This document shows, one piece after another, positions 59,801-64,000 of a DNA stretch of 64,000 nt; within the stretch, counting starts at the first letter, position 1; each line of letters begins with the position of its first letter. The notes beneath the pieces are model-generated. The model worked only from the letters and a program-made list of their open reading frames with translations. It had not been told where the DNA came from and made no database searches. The position numbers and the translations under genes are program-made. The stretch lies in NCBI GenBank assembly GCA_904393845.1, contig CAJFNB010000002.1, positions 638 through 64,637 on the forward strand, in the 5' to 3' direction. Source of the DNA: Candidatus Alloclostridium intestinigallinarum (GTDB lineage Bacteria; Bacillota; Clostridia; Christensenellales; UBA3700).

Positions 59801-62800
59801 CGAACAGGTATGCGTTGGGAACGGTGCCCACCGCGGTGCCTTGGTCGTACTGGTTGCAGTTTATGAGTCTGTACTCGAACCCGCTTACGATTTGCCCGAA
59901 TATACCCGAGCCGACAGTTACGACTCCGCCGTCGGCATCGGTATACGACCAATCCATAGATACATACTTACCTATTACCGAAGGGTCGGAGATATCTTCT
60001 CCGGGTGCACTGCCGTATACGACGTCCATATCGTGGTTTATCGTTACAGCCAGAACAAGCGTGGCTTTGGCGACGGTGATTACCGGATGGGGAACGTTGG
60101 CTACCAGCGCGCCCGAACGGTTGTAATTGGCATCGCCGTTGAAGATAACGACGGGGAAGTAATAACCTACGTCGGTGGCGGCGGAAGTTCCGTCCACGGA
60201 AGTGAACTTATAATCGGGATATTCTTCAGCATTCTGTTCAAGCCATTCCACTATATTCTCTGCACCGGAAGCGATGAACGCGTTCACCATAGCCGCAACC
60301 TTCGCCTGCGCATCTGCAACGTCGCCGCTGCCGCTTATCGGAGCGGACAGATAGTAGACGGAGCTGTTTTCCGCAGTTATATCGGGAGCGGGATTTCTTC
60401 CGTCAAGCTCGAACGAATAGTCGCCTGCGGGAATGGTATTGCCTTTCAGGCTGTACGTCATGTTGTATTCGGACTGCTCGAACCTGATGGTGGGATCAGC
60501 CTTGTTTATGGTGATTTTCACCGCGTCGGAAGGCGTGACGTCATAGTTTTCGCTACCCGTAACGGTCACCTTTACCCAATAGGAGCCTGCGCCCACGATA
60601 GGCGAAGTGTTAATATCCACGTAATCGCCGTCCGCGGCGTTCTCGGTGAAGGCTATGAGTATATTCACCGTGCCCTGCAGAGAAGAGTCGGAAACGGCAT
60701 TGCCGCCCGCGGTAACGGAGTAACCTATTGCATGGGTATTGCCGTTGAAGGTGGCGATATAAGCGCCCGCTTCTTCCGACCACACGAGATCGGAGCCGGT
60801 TACGACCACGTTCGCCTGCGCGGATATCCTGGTGACCTCGAAGAACACGTAGACGCCGCCGAGCGTGCCTTCAAGGTTGGCTTCTGCGTTCTCGGTCCCT
60901 TCTCCCGCCGCGGCTATCGTGACGCGGTATTTACCGACGGAACCGATGATTTCCACGTTGGTCCATACGTCGCCGTCCGCGGAATATTCTATTGTCGCGA
61001 TGGTAACGTTTTTCGTGGTGTAATATTCGCCCGTAGGGCCTTGAAGCGACTTATATTCGATGCCCAGACCCACGCTCTTGATTATGTCATTGTTCCAGGA
61101 CGTGTTGGGAGTATAAGACTGCGAACCGAGGTCGAGTCCTTCTTTCTCATCCACGCGTTCGCCTTCTGCGTTGACCATGAACGAAGGCGCGGTCTTGGTT
61201 ACTTCAATCTTACTGCTTTCCGTTTCCATTACGATTTCCAGGTTGGAATCCACGGAAGTGTACACATAGTAGATGAAGTAGCTGCCCACGTTGGATTTAT
61301 AGGTATTCGTATTGTATTCGGTGGATATACCGCCTCCGTCGTCGGCGCCGACAAGCTTGATATAGCTGTCGAGCGTTGACATATCGCCGCCGCTCTGCGC
61401 AACGGCATTCTCGAACGCCGTATACTTACCGGTAGCGGTGGTATAGTCGCCGTCGCCGAGCTCAACTTTAACTTCCAGCTGTTTGGCAATGTCGGACACG
61501 TCGAATTGCACGCCGAATTCGGTAGTGAGGTTCGCGCCCTCCTTTTGCGTTACGGTAATGTGGTATTCAGCCTTCTGCTGTACGAACGTACCCGTGTAGG
61601 TGAACGGCTCGTACTTTCCGGATATACCCGAGAACTCGAATTTTATAGTATACGTGCCGGCATTCGTCACTCCGCCGTTCTGACTGGTGTGAACCCCGTT
61701 AATGTAGGTATATACCGTCTGTCCGGCGCTGTTTTTGATAGTTACGTTGATATATTGCGCGGCAAGCACTTCGTAATTATAAAGCGCGCCGCCCTCATCC
61801 ATAGCGTACTTAGTGCGCGTTACGCCGGAAAGCCAGTCATAGTTCTCATCCACGGAAAGAGCCACGCCCCGCATTAAGTAATGGGATATTTCCCTTATCT
61901 GGTCAGCGGTGAGCACCTGCAGTTCCACGGAATCTTCCACAGAGTCGTTAAGTTCGCGATAACCTCCCGTTGCTTCGGCGACCATATTGGTAGCGTCGTT
62001 ATAGAAGTCGTTGGTATAGAACATCTCGAACTGAATATCCGCAGGTTCGATATAAGCATATCCGCTTGCCGAGTGCGGAACAAGCTGCTCATCCGGTTGA
62101 CCGTCTTCACCTATCGTAATCTCGACCGCAGACGAATAGTAATCGTTGTCGGTATTATCTATCGACACTTCTACAACGTATTCCGCCGTCTGGATACCGT
62201 TTGCATAACCGAAATCCGTAATGCCGTTCATCGGACCCTGAATCTGAACGCCTCCTTCCATAACCGCTTCGGAGTAAACGGTTTTTTTAGGATCAAGTCT
62301 TTCGTCCGCATCCGAATCGAACTGCCAGTTCCAATCGTAAAGTTTGGTCTTTCTTTCTACCGTCGCTCCGTCCTGCACGGTTCTTTCATACAGGAAGTAT
62401 ACGGAAACGGTGATGTCGCCGACTTTGAGGTCTTCCTTCAGGTTATCCATACCCGTAAGATCTACGCCGGTAAACTGCACGATATCGGTATTTATCCAAT
62501 ACAGACCGTCGGCATCACTGTAGATAACGTCATGACCGTTGAAGCCTATGGTACCGTCGTAAGAACGGGTCAGGCCGCTTACCACTCTGACGCTCATTGC
62601 GCCGAAAGTGATGACCATTGCCGTAGGCACGCCGCCGACGACGTAAAGCTGCTGATAGTCGGTCTTGTAGTTGGAATATGTTCCGTCCGGATTGAACGTA
62701 GCCACTATATAGTAACTGCTCGGCCTTACCGCCTCGCTTACCACGTCGCTGTAATAATAAGTTCCGGAAGGAAGGCTTCCCATGCCCGGCACGGTAGACA

Positions 62801-64000
62801 GGTCGATAGCGTTCGGGTCATCTGCGGTAGTAGCCACGTAGAACGTGAACGTAAACGCGTCGCTCGACGTAACTCTTTCCGCACTGCCCGTAACGGTTAT
62901 TGTCGCAGACATCTCAGGAACGATGGGGCTGCCCGTATAATAGACGTTATTCTGCGGCAGACCTTCACTGGTAGGTACGGTAAAGGAAAGCTGTATTCTA
63001 TCCGTCGGAGTAACTACAATGCTTCCTTCATTACTGCCCTCTGCCGTTGTATATTCGTAGTTATCGTTACCTACGGTGAGGGATATCAGATAAGTGCCGG
63101 CATTCACGGGCGAAGCCTGGGACAAGCTGCCGTCGGACGCCTGCAAATAGTAGGTGAAAGTGTAAGGCGCCGCGAAATTGGCAAGCGTGCCCTGGAATGC
63201 CAGAGTAGCGCCGTGTTCCTGACTGTCGTAAACATACGACTCGTCGAAGCTGATAACAAAGTTTTCTGCGGCTTCTTCTTCAGTGAGAATCCATTTGTCG
63301 ATAACCAGCGTTATACCGCTTATCGTCGCATTGTTGAAGTTCTCCGCGCCGCTTACTGATACGGTGACGTCGTAACTGCCGGCATTCACGGGATCGGTAG
63401 GTATACCGGAAGCGGAATGACCGACGGAAACGGTGATTGCTCCGTGCTGTGCGGAATCGTAAGCGATACCGTCACCGAAGCTGAACTTTATTTCGTCCGT
63501 TGCGATAGCCTGGGACTGCGTATTATATGTACCGGATACGGTAAGTACGCCGTTTTCATTTGCAAAACCTCTGATATTTGAAACGGCAAGGTTAGCTTTT
63601 GCCACGCTGAAGGACTGCGCCGCAACATTTGCAACGGAATAGTTGCCCGCGTCTACGGGATCGGCGCCGTTGGTTACGGAAGCCACCGCCACACGCGCGC
63701 TGTAACTGCCGGCGTTCTTCACCTCTCCGCCGTAACTTACGGAGAAGGTCACAACGTCGCCGTTGCCGTTTTCAAAGTTTTCAACGGTGTAGAGTTCGCC
63801 GCTTTCAAACGCCGCGCCTTTATAGACGAGCTGTCCGGGAGCGTTCCAGGTAACGGAAGTTATCTCGTAAGGAGTTACCGTCAGCTTGCCGTCCGCCACG
63901 CTTGCTATTCCGTAGTTGGGATTGCCAAACGCCGCGCCCTGCACGTTAAGGACGTATCCACCCTCTTTCACCGCAAGTCTGTCAAGGTCTGCGACATTGC
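56847..64000 (-). CDS. Giant repetitive surface protein (MBG/YDG-like beta-sandwich repeats, Fn3, C-terminal TM anchor); N-terminus outside the window
   Basis: The frame stays open to the right edge (the track GTG at 63971 is internal), giving more than 2380 aa. There are at least 15 recurrences of the ..NAG(S/T)Y.v.v......NY.. signature. An Fn3-like module is present (VTAVNSTTVSFNISGLPSAYEYSVDGGETW). The C-terminus is GLVAGGVAMPVLGIGLIFAAARKRKSKEEDLND, with no LPXTG. Confidence 0.8.
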   Translation of the reverse strand, partial: NVADLDRLAVKEGGYVLNVQGAAFGNPNYGIASVADGKLTVTPYEITSVTWNAPGQLVYKGAAFESGELYTVENFENGNGDVVTFSVSYGGEVKNAGSYSARVAVASVTNGADPVDAGNYSVANVAAQSFSVAKANLAVSNIRGFANENGVLTVSGTYNTQSQAIATDEIKFSFGDGIAYDSAQHGAITVSVGHSASGIPTDPVNAGSYDVTVSVSGAENFNNATISGITLVIDKWILTEEEAAENFVISFDESYVYDSQEHGATLAFQGTLANFAAPYTFTYYLQASDGSLSQASPVNAGTYLISLTVGNDNYEYTTAEGSNEGSIVVTPTDRIQLSFTVPTSEGLPQNNVYYTGSPIVPEMSATITVTGSAERVTSSDAFTFTFYVATTADDPNAIDLSTVPGMGSLPSGTYYYSDVVSEAVRPSSYYIVATFNPDGTYSNYKTDYQQLYVVGGVPTAMVITFGAMSVRVVSGLTRSYDGTIGFNGHDVIYSDADGLYWINTDIVQFTGVDLTGMDNLKEDLKVGDITVSVYFLYERTVQDGATVERKTKLYDWNWQFDSDADERLDPKKTVYSEAVMEGGVQIQGPMNGITDFGYANGIQTAEYVVEVSIDNTDNDYYSSAVEITIGEDGQPDEQLVPHSASGYAYIEPADIQFEMFYTNDFYNDATNMVAEATGGYRELNDSVEDSVELQVLTADQIREISHYLMRGVALSVDENYDWLSGVTRTKYAMDEGGALYNYEVLAAQYINVTIKNSAGQTVYTYINGVHTSQNGGVTNAGTYTIKFEFSGISGKYEPFTYTGTFVQQKAEYHITVTQKEGANLTTEFGVQFDVSDIAKQLEVKVELGDGDYTTATGKYTAFENAVAQSGGDMSTLDSYIKLVGADDGGGISTEYNTNTYKSNVGSYFIYYVYTSVDSNLEIVMETESSKIEVTKTAPSFMVNAEGERVDEKEGLDLGSQSYTPNTSWNNDIIKSVGLGIEYKSLQGPTGEYYTTKNVTIATIEYSADGDVWTNVEIIGSVGKYRVTIAAAGEGTENAEANLEGTLGGVYVFFEVTRISAQANVVVTGSDLVWSEEAGAYIATFNGNTHAIGYSVTAGGNAVSDSSLQGTVNILIAFTENAADGDYVDINTSPIVGAGSYWVKVTVTGSENYDVTPSDAVKITINKADPTIRFEQSEYNMTYSLKGNTIPAGDYSFELDGRNPAPDITAENSSVYYLSAPISGSGDVADAQAKVAAMVNAFIASGAENIVEWLEQNAEEYPDYKFTSVDGTSAATDVGYYFPVVIFNGDANYNRSGALVANVPHPVITVAKATLVLAVTINHDMDVVYGSAPGEDISDPSVIGKYVSMDWSYTDADGGVVTVGSGIFGQIVSGFEYRLINCNQYDQGTAVGTVPNAYLFVVDSFESTNFRYTYDQGGYVNIQVTPATVAFDVSQATVSLINDIDDQGKQQTLTQEGYTFNRVYSGTSFGPLAFAYAGNTGLDGDNSKETDDAGFGKHGIFTVSASGGYTQEAVSAAGSYTGSITITLNNTNYVVEGMEEGTLTLPVNLVIDKAIIQISFDYLTYAVGDKTYTETSSAGTGEHLGWYEYATIYTGANFDYNNRVYVTSYRYDENGELEAYGAYSDGKRLGEVGGITESDGASDNLAAPGEYNIHLMLDQLATNYKFIDSAGNTLGQAADGSQADLSSLDINVTVSPSMFVETGNSLAADVKPLFAYADGVYSREFDGTDLTAAFLKTFLSVVPYKLSNTAGTLKGSIASPGTKIELDSDRDYASELIGNNLIVELLSDGAAVDSAMYVGDYTLRVRLNNNAYSMDDMQFTLKITPASDIKASVSVKGQTARTYNGLDIVPNITLTLTVTDYNGNGHTIGVPSYTANVYKQVDGTTPDAPTFSYGVVNGDVDTAAINGQFTDAGTYIVRLVISNPNVSVTELRGEKYDRTYTINARPLTDGSMRNTYEKLFSYRTTVNSGGEVVPVAVSAEDLKVLITYNRTTNLVLGEDFTIDFGTTGAGKYTGNYTFTINGTGNFTGTIEGSYSIGASVGIVSAPDAITYGDDSVTVRLNINSLGPDDSLAGDLTLNFFTGASSRVVDANDNTVAQLGVPSEIVISANDVIGKEFPVVFTGLGAVNAGEYFLDLVFSCTYAGITTEGTISREVSGETASKVVVDEADVAAAATGVTATVTAVNSTTVSFNISGLPSAYEYSVDGGETWIKANKGSNTISGLTAGTAFNVLLRINDVNYASSENVHEYPLASALSFTTTASVDDIIASAESLANNFNATGFARYAQLLQNVASVSSGDLAARGDEIEEALAAVEEARAEYIEDLQAAIDSAVGAAEKAAGKASGVSGAATAGLVAGGVAMPVLGIGLIFAAARKRKSKEEDLND

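Noticed and set aside
56676-61379. 1567-aa plus-strand ORF, and the 492-aa ORF at 61881..63359, opposite the giant surface-protein gene.
   Set aside because: These are antisense shadows of a GC3-rich gene. The translations are R/H/V/F/Y-rich low-information sequence with no motifs, no SD and no independent terminator. The minus-strand frame has clear repeat, Fn3 and TM features.

Overview
This 64-kb chromosomal window comes from a moderately GC-rich, endospore-forming Bacillota genome that looks Clostridia-like (spoIIID, a SpoVB-like flippase, a LysM protein and a DUF421/DUF4363 pair are present). I call 53 protein genes, densely packed and mostly on the minus strand. The core content is rpmE, murC, uvrBA behind a LexA/Cheo-like box, hom, coaX, glyQS, guaB, and a complete 9-gene V-type ATPase operon in the Enterococcus hirae ntpFIKECGABD order. 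It also holds rpiB, an LMW phosphatase, tsaC/sua5, a ZIP transporter, manA, a histidine-kinase/OmpR pair, GH3 and GH13 glycosidases and comFC. I saw no rRNA, tRNA, CRISPR, transposase, integrase, phage or recognisable defence genes. Intergenic regions are AT-rich, and many carry near-consensus sigma-A promoters (-35, 17-nt spacer, -10) and clean rho-independent terminators. The items most worth a second look are: (1) a membrane-tethered protein with about 18 tandem 27-bp repeats encoding (KAAEEEAAR)n, a basic K/P/A linker and two YegP/DUF1508-like modules; (2) a 59-codon Cys/Gly/Asn-rich ORF that is absent from the ORF track but has a strong SD and is followed by a triplicated terminator module; (3) a promoter placed exactly for a leaderless small membrane-protein mRNA; (4) a ~650-bp non-coding gap between convergent genes that contains a family of perfect inverted repeats; (5) three large envelope proteins anchored by a C-terminal TM helix plus basic tail rather than LPXTG, two of which also have lipoboxes. 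These three are a 1402-aa protein with five CBM-like modules, a protein of more than 2380 aa with MBG/YDG-like repeats whose stop overlaps a lipoprotein gene, and a 408-aa protein. All family assignments come from reading motifs by eye. No database or HMM search was run, and I cannot claim that any single item is a proven new system.
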